DNA of 64,000 nt, taken from contig CBDANF010000003.1 in assembly GCA_965197475.1 (NCBI GenBank), positions 64,001 to 128,000 of the forward strand. The letters are read 5' to 3'. Origin of the DNA: Candidatus Poribacteria bacterium (GTDB lineage Bacteria > Poribacteria > WGA-4E > WGA-3G). Within the stretch, counting starts at the first letter, position 1. Every line of letters starts with the position of its first letter. Of this stretch, positions 10,118 through 19,718 are shown piece after piece. The notes below the pieces were generated by a model that was not told the origin of the DNA, did no database searches, and saw only the letters and a program-made list of their open reading frames with translations. The translations under genes and the position numbers were made by a program.

Positions 10118-11209
10118 CAGGACTTACGCAGTTTTGAAGATTATTGAAGGATTAGAGAGTTGATGTCGTCCGTAATCATCCAATAAACTTTGTTTGAGTT
10201 CGTAAATCGTTTGAGTGATTTTCCGGGCAGCACGCTTCAAGCAGACCCAGACCTGGAAACAACACGCAATATGGTTTCGTTGGGCACGCAGTTTGCGGCA
10301 TTGACATTTGTCAATACCGGTTAATTGTTTGATTTCACGATGAAGTTGCTCAATCTTCCAGCGAACCCGACACTGTTGTTTTGTCGCTTTCGCATCCGAT
10401 TGAGATAAATCGTTTGTCACAATATATTCCGTGCGTCCTGTATCAGACACAATCCGGAACAACTTCACTTGATACCCTTTTGGAAACCTTTTGATATGCA
10501 CGCGTTTGCCTTGTGTCGTTTCTGATGGAGACCAAGATAAATCTTTTTACTTGCTGGTGCGGTTCAACACCATCCGTATCATTTACAAGCCTGTTTCGTT
10601 TCAGGGGCGCATAGTAGACCTTGGAAAGTGCCGCAATCGCTTTCATTACTTTCATGGATACATACCAAGCATCCATTAGCACTGTCCGAAACGAGAGTTG
10701 TTTCTTGAAGTAAGCATCGTGCAACATATCAAGTAAATGATCAATTTTGGATTTACCATCAGGGTCTTTGTCAAAAATGCGGTAATCAATGATCCAATAC
10801 TCGTGTGTCTTTGGGTTAACATAGACACACGTGACAATACCGATGCCTTCAATGACCTTTTTGTCGCTACCACTCCATTGAGGGTAGGCAGCTTCAATCA
10901 GTTTTGAATATATTTTTGACAGCACAACATCGTCAAAGATAAGGTATCCATCTTTATCAAACGCAATGTCGTCTTTGACAGATTCCCAGAGTTCGCTTGA
11001 AGGAATGTTTTCGTTTCTCAGGAAACGATTGAGTTGATCATGGCTCCACTTCTCCGTATGGTTTGCAAAATAGGTTTGTGTAAAATTAGTGAAACTCGCT
11101 AACAAAAATTGACAATAATCAGAAAATAAGTGGTGCTTCTTTTTAGAAAGTGTAAATGTAGTCATAATAGAACAGTATAACATAATTGTAGATTATTGCG
11201 TAAGTCCTG
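10118..11209 (-). mobile_element. IS701-family insertion sequence with frameshifted transposase
   Basis: 13-bp perfect TIRs CAGGACTTACGCA and AATAA target duplication on both sides. DDE transposase split into ORFs 10443-11183 and 10124-10501 (LIFDD, VLMDAWY, RWKIEQLHREIKQ). Confidence 0.9.
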
Positions 11210-11288
11210 AATAATTATGAACACGCCTGATTTACATTTAAAAACTTAGTGATTCACCCACTAATATCCCTAATAGCTGAATTTGATA

Positions 11289-11317
11289 TTGCCGACTCGG
11301 CATAAATATGGTATCCT
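11289..11317 (+). promoter_or_regulatory. sigma70 promoter of rnpB
   Basis: TTGCCG-17 bp-TATCCT with TG, ~10 nt upstream of the RNA 5' end. Confidence 0.55.
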
Positions 11318-11329
11318 TAAGAAACGCTT

Positions 11330-11820
11330 GAGTTGAGTAGATGGTCGCGTCCCATATTGGGATGAGGAAAGTCCGGACTCCGCAGGGCAGGGTGCTGGGT
11401 AATCCCCAGGAGCGGCAACGTTATGGAAAGTGCAACAGAAAGCAGACTACAACGTATTATAGTAGATTTTAGAATTACTTGGACATTGTTATCGGTCCAG
11501 TTGGGAAACAGTTCCTACCGCATATTTTGTAGCACAAACTTTTAGTTTGTGTCGTCCTTGCGCAAACTGAAAGTGGACGCTACAGCAGTGTCCAGATAAT
11601 TACAGATTTTACTATAAACGTTGTACAGGTGAAACGGTGCGGTAAAAGCGCACCAGTCCATAAGGCGACTTATGGAGCTTGTAAACCCCATCTGGAGCAA
11701 GGTAAAATTGGGGACATTTAAGGGTGCCCGCCTCGTCCCCGGGTAACCGCTTGAGGTTAATGGCAACATTGATCCCAGATGAATGATCATCATATACAGA
11801 ATCCGGCTTATTCTCAACTC
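11330..11820 (+). ncRNA. rnpB: RNase P RNA (type A) with greatly extended P12
   Basis: GAGGAAAGTCCGGACTCC, GGAAAGTGCAACAGAAA, AGGTGAAACGGTGCGGTAA, TAAACCCC..GGAGCAA, CAGAATCCGGCTTA. P1 pairs GAGTTGAG/CTCAACTC. Confidence 0.95.
11460..11614. mobile_element. IS630-type MITE inserted in the P12 loop of rnpB
   Basis: 26-bp imperfect TIRs TAGTAGATTTTAGAATTACTTGGACA / TGTCCAGATAATTACAGATTTTACTA with TA on both sides. They resemble the ends of the IS630 at 48445-49352. Confidence 0.8.
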
Positions 11821-11908
11821 AAGCTTATCTATGGATACGTAAATATAAGGTATTAGTGGATGATACGGTGCGGTTTCCTAACCACACCTAATAAAGAATT
11901 ATTCAATA

Positions 11909-14362
11909 TTGTTTATGATTCAACAAAAATTGAAATATGCCATTTTGCGTAAGAAATCAGTCATTTTTTACGGATATGCATCATTATTCCTTTTTCTGAT
12001 TTTGTTATTAGTGTTTGTTTCGTTGACACCCAGTATCGGTGAAAACGGTACTCCGGACTTTGCAAAAGAAGGTGTCCCATTCTTAGAACAGTACTGCTTC
12101 GGCTGCCATGCTGGTGATCAACCCAATGCGAACCTTGCCCTTGACGCATTTAAAGACAACTTATCGTTGATCAAAAATCATGATGTCTGGGAGAGAGTCT
12201 TAGACATGCTAACAACAAACCAAATGCCGCCAGTGGATAGTGATCAACCACCGCTTAAAGAATTAGAAGCTTTTATCCAGCACGTTGAAGCAATTTTTGA
12301 GGACGCAAGTCGAACGACTAAACCAGACCCAGGTCGCATAACTGTCCGCAGACTCAACAGAGTTGAATATAGAAACAGCGTTCGAGATTTACTGGATGTT
12401 GATTTTGATCCCACTGAAAATTTTCCCGCAGACGATGTCGGTCACGGGTTTGATAATATCGGTGATGTGTTAACGATGTCACCATTGCTGATGGAACGGT
12501 ATCTTGAAGCAGCTGAGGCGATCGCAACCCGTGTCATTATAGTGAATCCACCGTTCCCATCCAAGCACTACCAAAACGTTACACGACTTGATCCACGGCA
12601 CAAAAATGTCCCTGATAAACGTTTTCGTTTACTTGATCCAACCGCAACAGAAGCGTGGGTGTCTGGTCCCTTTACGACAGACGCATCGTCTCTCAAATTC
12701 CTTGCAGATGCGGAAACATATTTCCGTGCCACGCTTTATGCCGAAACTGAAAGTGAAACTCCTGTTCAGGTCGCACTATTCATTCAAGGCAAGAATCTGG
12801 AACATGTGTCACCGCAAGAAGAACTTGCAAGGTTAGTCGGTTATGATCCTACTACAAAGAACAGAATCCAGATTCTCCAGATCTTTGAAATTACTGCCCG
12901 TGATCCGAAGAAGTTTCAAACAATTAGACATCTCGTTAGTCGTGTAGCAAATATTGATAATGCAGGAATTGCAATGGTAAAACCTGAAGATGGCGAACTA
13001 CAAGCAAGACTTCAAATTCGTTCCATCACGTCGGTAGGACCGTTGGAGACCAGACCAAAATCGCAACTCAAAATATTAGCCTGCACACCGGACATCCCCC
13101 AAGCAGAACAGACTCGTGAAGTCTTGACGCGTCTGCTGCGCAAAGCGTATCGCCGGACACCAACTGTAGAAGAAATTGAACAACTTGCCCAGTTTGTTGA
13201 ATCTGTTCAAGCGGATGGTGCTAAATGGGAAGCAGGTATTCAGCAGGCAATTAAAGTTATCCTTTGCTCACCCAAATTCCTATTTCGACTGGAGTTAGAT
13301 GACCGCCCACAAACCGAAGATGTTCGTCCAATAGATGAGTTTCAACTCGCGTCAAGGCTTTCCTACTTCTTGTGGAGCAGCATCCCAGACGACGAACTCC
13401 TTGAGCTGGCAGAGAAAAACCAGTTGACCGCATCGCTTGAGGCACAAGTGCAGCGGATGCTCGCGCATCCAAAAGCAACGGAATTGGCAAGTAACTTTGG
13501 TGTGCAATGGTTGCAAATCCAACGGTTAGAAACCGTTACACCTGATCCAGAACGTTTCCCAACTTTCAATCCCAAACTGCGCGCTGCGATGTTGAAGGAA
13601 ACTGAAATGTTTCTGGAATCAATTTTTCGTGAAGATCGGAGCATCTTTGATTTACTGGATGCGGACTACACCTTTCTCAATCAACGTTTGGCAGGACATT
13701 ACGGTATTTGGAAAAATGCGCAAGGAAAGCCGATTAAAGGGGATGCTTTTCAGCGCGTCGCGTTGCAAAATCCCACACGCGGCGGTATCCTAACCCACGC
13801 GAGTGTGCTGACGGTAACTTCAAATCCTACCCGCACCTCACCTGTCAAAAGAGGACGTTGGGTTTTAGAGCAGATACTCGGTTCACCTCCTCCGCCACCT
13901 CCGCCAGATGTTCCTGAATTGGAAGAAGATCACGATGCAATTACCGGAACCACCCTGCGAGAACGGCTTGAACAACACCGAGAAGACCCTGCTTGTGCCA
14001 ACTGCCACGCCAAAATGGACCCTATCGGATTTGCACTTGAAAACTATAATGCAATCGGTGCGTTTCGGAAGAAAGATGGTGAGTTAGAGATTGATGCTAC
14101 AGGACAACTACCAGATGGAACTTCATTTAAGGGTATAGCGGATCTAAAACAGATCCTCAAGAACAGAAAAGAACAGTTTGCACGATGTATAGCAGAGAAA
14201 ATGCTGACCTTTGCTTTAGGTAGGGGGTTAGAATATTACGACAAATCAACCGTTGATCGAATTGTTTCTCAACTTGAAACTAATGATTACAGAAGTTCTG
14301 TGCTGATTACAGAAATTGTCAAAAGTGACCCTTTCCGATTACGACGCGGTAAAAAGGAGTAA
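11909..14362 (+). CDS. DUF1592/PSCyt-PSD domain c-type cytochrome-like protein
   Basis: CFGCH and CANCH heme motifs, RRLNRVEYRNSVRDLL, LASRLSYFLWSS.PD, TSPVKRG. Start may be slightly downstream. Confidence 0.9.
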   Translation: MFMIQQKLKYAILRKKSVIFYGYASLFLFLILLLVFVSLTPSIGENGTPDFAKEGVPFLEQYCFGCHAGDQPNANLALDAFKDNLSLIKNHDVWERVLDMLTTNQMPPVDSDQPPLKELEAFIQHVEAIFEDASRTTKPDPGRITVRRLNRVEYRNSVRDLLDVDFDPTENFPADDVGHGFDNIGDVLTMSPLLMERYLEAAEAIATRVIIVNPPFPSKHYQNVTRLDPRHKNVPDKRFRLLDPTATEAWVSGPFTTDASSLKFLADAETYFRATLYAETESETPVQVALFIQGKNLEHVSPQEELARLVGYDPTTKNRIQILQIFEITARDPKKFQTIRHLVSRVANIDNAGIAMVKPEDGELQARLQIRSITSVGPLETRPKSQLKILACTPDIPQAEQTREVLTRLLRKAYRRTPTVEEIEQLAQFVESVQADGAKWEAGIQQAIKVILCSPKFLFRLELDDRPQTEDVRPIDEFQLASRLSYFLWSSIPDDELLELAEKNQLTASLEAQVQRMLAHPKATELASNFGVQWLQIQRLETVTPDPERFPTFNPKLRAAMLKETEMFLESIFREDRSIFDLLDADYTFLNQRLAGHYGIWKNAQGKPIKGDAFQRVALQNPTRGGILTHASVLTVTSNPTRTSPVKRGRWVLEQILGSPPPPPPPDVPELEEDHDAITGTTLRERLEQHREDPACANCHAKMDPIGFALENYNAIGAFRKKDGELEIDATGQLPDGTSFKGIADLKQILKNRKEQFARCIAEKMLTFALGRGLEYYDKSTVDRIVSQLETNDYRSSVLITEIVKSDPFRLRRGKKE

Positions 14363-14365
14363 CTC

Positions 14366-15418
14366 ATGAAAAGAATTATTAAAATCGTTCTTTTTACCAT
14401 CACTGTTTTTCAAATAGGTTGTTATACACAATATTTTCAAACACATTTTAAAGCGCGAAAAGATGACCCTATTTTTCAACTTGAACAACAATATTCTATC
14501 AGTTTAGATTCTACGTGGACGACAAAATACACAAAGAAACTTCTAAAAATCCTTGAATCCATATCGCCAGAACTCAATGGGCAACCTTCTGTATGGAAAA
14601 TAAGTAATGAAGAGTTACAAAATGATATTAAGATTGAAACTCGAAATAGTTTGAGGTTTGTTACTATTAGTAGAGATGTATTTCCGATTGAGGGAGCTAA
14701 AGATATATCAGCACCAGACAAACGGTTTTTTCTTGCTGTTGTTCAATTTATCACAGAAGATGGAACAAATAGAGAGACAATAAAACAGATATTGCAAGAA
14801 AGGTATGGTATCAGTATAGATATAACTTCTGATGTATTAAATCATATTTTAAAACCCGCCTATGCTGCATACAAAAGAACACCAGTGAACCTATCTGATA
14901 TTGAAAACAAAAACCTAATGATTTTTATAGCAATACTTGAGGAATTCCCCCAAGCACTACATAAAATACCCCAATTAAAGTATATGGTTTGTAGATCCGA
15001 GATAGGAGACGGAGCAGCAGCGAAAGCATGGACCAGCTCTTCTTTTATTGAGTTTGAGGGGTCTTTTCTTGATGGTAATGGTTTCAAGAATATTTGTAAA
15101 ACGCTGGCACATGAAAAGTCACATTTTTTGTGGGCACATCTTTTTCCCGACCAACTTAAACAGGATTGGATAAAACTTGGAGGTTGGTATAAAAATCCAG
15201 AGAGTGAGTCAGGATGGTCAACAAATAAAAAGCGAAAAGAATTTGTAACAGATTACGCTTACAAAAAGAATCCGAATGAAGATATGGCGGAAAGTCTCGC
15301 ACATTATCTTGTGAAACCAGATAGACTTCGCGCCTGTTGCCTTGCTAAATACGACTTTATCCATGAGCGGATTATGCTTACGTACGGTGCACGCTATATG
15401 TCGCCAGATCGTATGTGA
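14366..15418 (+). CDS. Putative lipoprotein zinc metallopeptidase, copy 1
   Basis: Lipobox-like FQIGC, HEKSH zincin motif, YA..NPNEDMAES. Confidence 0.75.
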   Translation: MKRIIKIVLFTITVFQIGCYTQYFQTHFKARKDDPIFQLEQQYSISLDSTWTTKYTKKLLKILESISPELNGQPSVWKISNEELQNDIKIETRNSLRFVTISRDVFPIEGAKDISAPDKRFFLAVVQFITEDGTNRETIKQILQERYGISIDITSDVLNHILKPAYAAYKRTPVNLSDIENKNLMIFIAILEEFPQALHKIPQLKYMVCRSEIGDGAAAKAWTSSSFIEFEGSFLDGNGFKNICKTLAHEKSHFLWAHLFPDQLKQDWIKLGGWYKNPESESGWSTNKKRKEFVTDYAYKKNPNEDMAESLAHYLVKPDRLRACCLAKYDFIHERIMLTYGARYMSPDRM

Positions 15419-15441
15419 ATTAACTTGACAAACACCGGCGT

Positions 15442-15651
15442 ATTCTCAAGAACAAAAAAGAACAGTTTGCACGATGCATAACAGAGAAAATGCTGACCTT
15501 TGCTTTAGGTAGGGGGTTAGAATATTACGACAAATCAACCGTTAATCGGATTGTTTCTCAACTTGAAGCGAATGATTATAGAAGTTCTGTGCTGATTACA
15601 GAAATTGTCAAAAGTGACCCCTTCAGGTTACGACGCGGTAAAAAGGAGTAA
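15442..15651 (+). repeat. Duplicated 3' end of the DUF1592 gene (copy of 14153-14362)
   Basis: Near-identical DNA at offset 1289 bp, ending CGACGCGGTAAAAAGGAGTAA. Confidence 0.9.
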
Positions 15652-15654
15652 CTC

Positions 15655-16692
15655 ATGAAAAGAATTATTAAAATCGTTCTTTTTACCATCACTGTTTTTC
15701 AAATAGGTTGTTATACACAATATTTTCAAACACATTTTAAAGCGCGAAAAGATGACCCTATTTTTCAACTTGAACAACAATATTCTATCAGTTTAGATTC
15801 TACGTGGACGACAAAACACACAAAGAAACTTCTAAAAATCCTTGGGTCCATATCTCAAGAACTCAATGGACAAGCCTCTGTATGGAAAATAAGTAATGAA
15901 GAGTTACAAAATGATATTAAGATTGAATCTCGAAATAGTTTGAAGTTTGTTACTATCAGTAGAGATGTTTTTCCAATTGAGGGAGCTAAAGGGATAGCTG
16001 CACCGGACAAACGTCTATATTATGCGATTGTTGAATTTATAACTGAGAACGGCACGAATAGATCGGTAATAAAACTGATATTGCAAGAACGGTACGGCAT
16101 TAGCGTAGATATACCGTCTTATGGTACACTAACCCAAAATACCGCAAAAGAATCAGCATCCCACTATTCGGATTTTGAAAACGAAGATCTGATGATTTTT
16201 ATATCAATATTTGAGGAATTCCCGCAAGCACTACATAAAGTCCCCCACTTAAAATATATCATACGTAGAATTGATGATAAGATTAGGGCACCGGGCGTAG
16301 CATGGACGACCAACGGTTATATTGAGTTCGCTGAATTTCTTTTTGGTCGTAAGAATGTAGATGATACGCGTCGTTTAATTGCGCACGAAAAAGCACATTT
16401 TTTATGGTCTCATCTTTTTCCCAATCAGCTTAAACAGGATTGGATGGCACTTGGCGGATGGTATGAGGATCCGAAGAATGCGGAGGGATGGTCAACAAAA
16501 AAAGACCGAAAAGAATTTATAACAGATTACGCATACCAAAAGAATCCAAACGAGGATATGGCGGAAAGTCTCGCATATTATCTTGTGTATCCAGATAAAC
16601 TTCGTTCCCAGTGTCCTGCCAAATACGACTTTATTCATGAGCGGATTATGCTTACGTACGGTGCACGCTATATGTCGCCAGATCGTATGTGA
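15655..16692 (+). CDS. Putative lipoprotein zinc metallopeptidase, copy 2
   Basis: Paralog of 14366-15418. HEKAH motif, YAYQKNPNEDMAES. Confidence 0.75.
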   Translation: MKRIIKIVLFTITVFQIGCYTQYFQTHFKARKDDPIFQLEQQYSISLDSTWTTKHTKKLLKILGSISQELNGQASVWKISNEELQNDIKIESRNSLKFVTISRDVFPIEGAKGIAAPDKRLYYAIVEFITENGTNRSVIKLILQERYGISVDIPSYGTLTQNTAKESASHYSDFENEDLMIFISIFEEFPQALHKVPHLKYIIRRIDDKIRAPGVAWTTNGYIEFAEFLFGRKNVDDTRRLIAHEKAHFLWSHLFPNQLKQDWMALGGWYEDPKNAEGWSTKKDRKEFITDYAYQKNPNEDMAESLAYYLVYPDKLRSQCPAKYDFIHERIMLTYGARYMSPDRM

Positions 16693-16698
16693 ATTAAC

Positions 16699-16727
16699 TT
16701 GACAAAAACACTGAGGTGCGGTATACT
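16699..16727 (+). promoter_or_regulatory. sigma70 promoter
   Basis: TTGACA-17 bp-TATACT upstream of ATG 16752. Confidence 0.65.
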
Positions 16728-16751
16728 AAACATCAACAATGGGAGATGGTC

Positions 16752-17774
16752 ATGAGTACTTCAAAACAACTTTCACGTCGAACGTTTTACGTAGTCTGAG
16801 TCTTCGTGCTGCCCTGCCATAGTTAGGTGCTATGGGTTCTTTGACAAGTTGGGCAGACACATCCGCAGACGACAAAACCATTAAACGTTACCCTGATCCA
16901 GCGATTGAAGTCGTTGACCCGCGTTTCGCAAAATACAAAATTGGAAATGCTGTTGTGGAACGGTTGTGGATAGGCGCGCGTTGGTCAGAGGGACCTGTTT
17001 GGTTCGACGATGGTGGTTATCTCCTCTGGAGTGATATTCCGAACAACCGTATGCTGAAATGGCAGGAAGCCACCGTCTAACTATACCAACGGTCATACCC
17101 GTGACAGGCAAGGTAGGCTTATCAGTTGCGAACACGGCACACGGCGCGTCACACGAACCGAATATGACGGAACGATTACTGTGTTGATAGATAACTTTGA
17201 GGGAAAACGGTTCAACGCCCCGAACGATGTAGTAGTTCATCCCGATGGACATATTTGGTTTACCGATCCTGGATACGGTATCATGTTCAATTACGAAGGA
17301 CATAAAGCTGAATTTGAATTGCCTACTTCCGTCTATCGTCTCAATCCAGATACAGGGAAAGCCACAGTCGTAACGAGTGAACCGGAAAAACCGAACGGGC
17401 TATGCTTTTCGCCTAACTACGATAAACTTTATGTTGCTGACACAGGAACACCAAAAAACATCGTTGTCTTTGATGTCGTAGACGGTGAGCGGTTAGGCAA
17501 AAAACAGGTGTTCCATAAGACAGCACCCGGCAACGCTGATGGACTTCGGTGTGATATTGATGGGAATCTGTGGGCTGGTGCAGGTTGGGTCGGTGAAGGC
17601 TACGATGGCGTGCATATCTTCGCACCGGACGGCACGCTTATCGGGAAGATTCATCTCCCAGAAATTTGTGCCAATATCTGCTTCGGCGGCGTTAAAAGAA
17701 ATAGGCTCTTTATGACAGCGAGCCAATCTCTCTACTCGGTTTATGTTGAAGCACAAGGGGCACTGCTTTTTTAA
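16752..17774 (+). pseudogene. SMP-30/gluconolactonase pseudogene with a Tat signal homologous to the DUF1552 N-terminus
   Basis: WSEGPVW, WSDIPNNR, NAPNDVVV, KPNGLCFSP, ADGLRCD. There is a frameshift near 16787, an in-frame TAG near 16819 and a deletion/frameshift near 17070. Confidence 0.85.
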
Positions 17775-17906
17775 ATCAAAGTAAGTTCTGTATTAAATTA
17801 CTATAATTTTATTATGTAGTACCAAAAATTGGGTAATTCCTTAAGAAAGAGAATTCCTCTAAAGCACAACCGATGGTTTAGGGGGATATCTCTATCAATA
17901 TAATAT

Positions 17907-18905
17907 ATGCAAATGGACAAAAAACGTGCTAATGGATGCTACTACACCCGTGGCAATCCTTTTCTTTTAGAACCCTTCCTGAGATGGGCAAAAGAATTAA
18001 ATTTAGAACAACAGATCATATTAGAACCTTTTGCGGGGGCCAAAGACATTCCCCAATTGATTGACTCAACGCATTTGAAGTGTCAAGATTGGGCATTTTG
18101 CGACATTGAGCCAGGAGCAAAAGGAATTGTGCAGCGCGACACGCTCGCGGACTTTCCAAAAGGATATGATGTTTGCATTACCAATCCGCCGTGGTTAGCC
18201 CGAAACTCCGCAACGCGCCGAGGTTTGCCATTTCCAGAAGCGACTCACTACGATGATCTTTACAAATATGCACTTGAGCAATGCTTGACAAATTGTAAAT
18301 GGGTCGCAGCAATCATCCCTGAGGCGTTTATTCGGAGTGGATTATTTCTGCAACGGTTATGTGATTTTATCTCTTTAGTTCCGCAAACACAAAATGAGAC
18401 AACAAAGCAAGATAATAAAACTATGAACACAAGTTATATGTTTGAAGACACTGAACATCCAGTAGGTCTTGCCCTGTTTGCTCCGAACGCGACATCAGAT
18501 GTTAAAGTGTGGCGTAACAACCAATCCCTCGGTAAATTTAGTGAACTACAGAGACATCTGCCGCCCCTGTCTCGTAATCGTAGTATTGTTTTTAATGACC
18601 CGAAAGGGAATTTAGGACTTATCGCTATTGATAACACCGTTTCTGCCTCTATCCGTTTCTGTCCACCAACAGAATTAGGTGAGTATAGCGTGCATAATCA
18701 ATGCCGTTCGATTACGAAAATCGGAGTACCATGGGATGTGGATATAGATACACTCAATGCAAATCTAATGGATATTCGTAAGAATACACATGATGTTTTT
18801 TTGACTGCGTTCAAGGGATTACGCCGCGATGGATACTATCGACGCCGATTGGATTGGGCATTGGCAAGATCAATCGTTGATGTAGAAAATTTACTATTCA
18901 AATGA
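17907..18905 (+). CDS. Putative amino (N6-adenine) DNA methyltransferase
   Basis: Motif I LEPFAG followed by motif IV ITNPPW (gamma-class order). Confidence 0.75.
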   Translation: MQMDKKRANGCYYTRGNPFLLEPFLRWAKELNLEQQIILEPFAGAKDIPQLIDSTHLKCQDWAFCDIEPGAKGIVQRDTLADFPKGYDVCITNPPWLARNSATRRGLPFPEATHYDDLYKYALEQCLTNCKWVAAIIPEAFIRSGLFLQRLCDFISLVPQTQNETTKQDNKTMNTSYMFEDTEHPVGLALFAPNATSDVKVWRNNQSLGKFSELQRHLPPLSRNRSIVFNDPKGNLGLIAIDNTVSASIRFCPPTELGEYSVHNQCRSITKIGVPWDVDIDTLNANLMDIRKNTHDVFLTAFKGLRRDGYYRRRLDWALARSIVDVENLLFK

Positions 18906-18919
18906 AAATGGAGTAGAAG

Positions 18920-19597
18920 ATGGACATTCCTCCGCCAGACTATGACAGAGTAGAAAGAGAATTATGGAAGAAACACGGAACTGAAGTTAGAGATCTATTG
19001 AAAAATAAAGACTCTGGTCTATTACGTCGTATTCGCACATTCTGCAAGCGATTCGACTTTGATGAAATAGAAGTTTGCGATAAAATAATAGATGATTTTA
19101 TGTTTGCTTGTTGTTTTGCAAAAGACGCGAAAAAAACTGGTTTTGAAGAGAAAGAAGCAGAAAAATACTTGCGAATGTTCCCTGATTTAATTCGATTTTT
19201 CAAAACGTTGCCAAAAAGTGGAAAGAATGCTAAATATATTGACGAAAAAGGCAACATAATTACTGGGAAAAAACCGACAGGAATTAAGTCACTAGACTTT
19301 ACGTGGATGGTAGGTAATACTCACATTAAGTGCTTTGCTGCTCACAAGGTTACACGTGAGCCAGGAGGGGCTCAAGACCATCAACGCGACGAACTTATCA
19401 GACTCTTACAAAGGTTTCAACACTGCAATAACAAAAAAATAGTTTTCTTTGCAATATGTGATGGGCCGTATTATGATGAGCGGACTTTATCAATGTTGCG
19501 AGTGCATGTACGAAATGAACATCCGTACAGTTTTGCTTGTTCTATTGGTGATGTTACTAAAAATGTTGAGAAACTTCTAAAGGATTCGGAAAAGTGA
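18920..19597 (+). CDS. Putative restriction endonuclease (PD-(D/E)xK-like)
   Basis: Lies 14 bp after the MTase and is AT-rich. KSLDF...AAHKVT..GGAQDHQRDE and ICDG pattern. Confidence 0.5.
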   Translation: MDIPPPDYDRVERELWKKHGTEVRDLLKNKDSGLLRRIRTFCKRFDFDEIEVCDKIIDDFMFACCFAKDAKKTGFEEKEAEKYLRMFPDLIRFFKTLPKSGKNAKYIDEKGNIITGKKPTGIKSLDFTWMVGNTHIKCFAAHKVTREPGGAQDHQRDELIRLLQRFQHCNNKKIVFFAICDGPYYDERTLSMLRVHVRNEHPYSFACSIGDVTKNVEKLLKDSEK

Positions 19598-19718
19598 GAA
19601 ACAGAATTTAAAGTCTTTGTGGTTAGACAGTCAAATCATCAGGAAAAAGAGGCGGTTAGTGGACAAGAAAGTCCACATAGTCTGTTTCCATGATTCAAAG
19701 GAGTAATAAAAAACAGTT

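Noticed and set aside
11447-11626. Self-splicing intron in rnpB
   Set aside because: No group I/II core motifs. TIRs plus the TA duplication fit a MITE.
11542-11817. 91-aa ORF on the - strand
   Set aside because: Antisense to the conserved RNase P RNA core.
14366-16692. Diversity-generating retroelement TR/VR pair
   Set aside because: Differences are not adenine-specific and include indels, and there is no reverse transcriptase in the window.
19600-19640. Integron attC after the MTase-nuclease pair (GTTAGAC)
   Set aside because: No complementary RYYYAAC box or attC hairpin, and no integrase.
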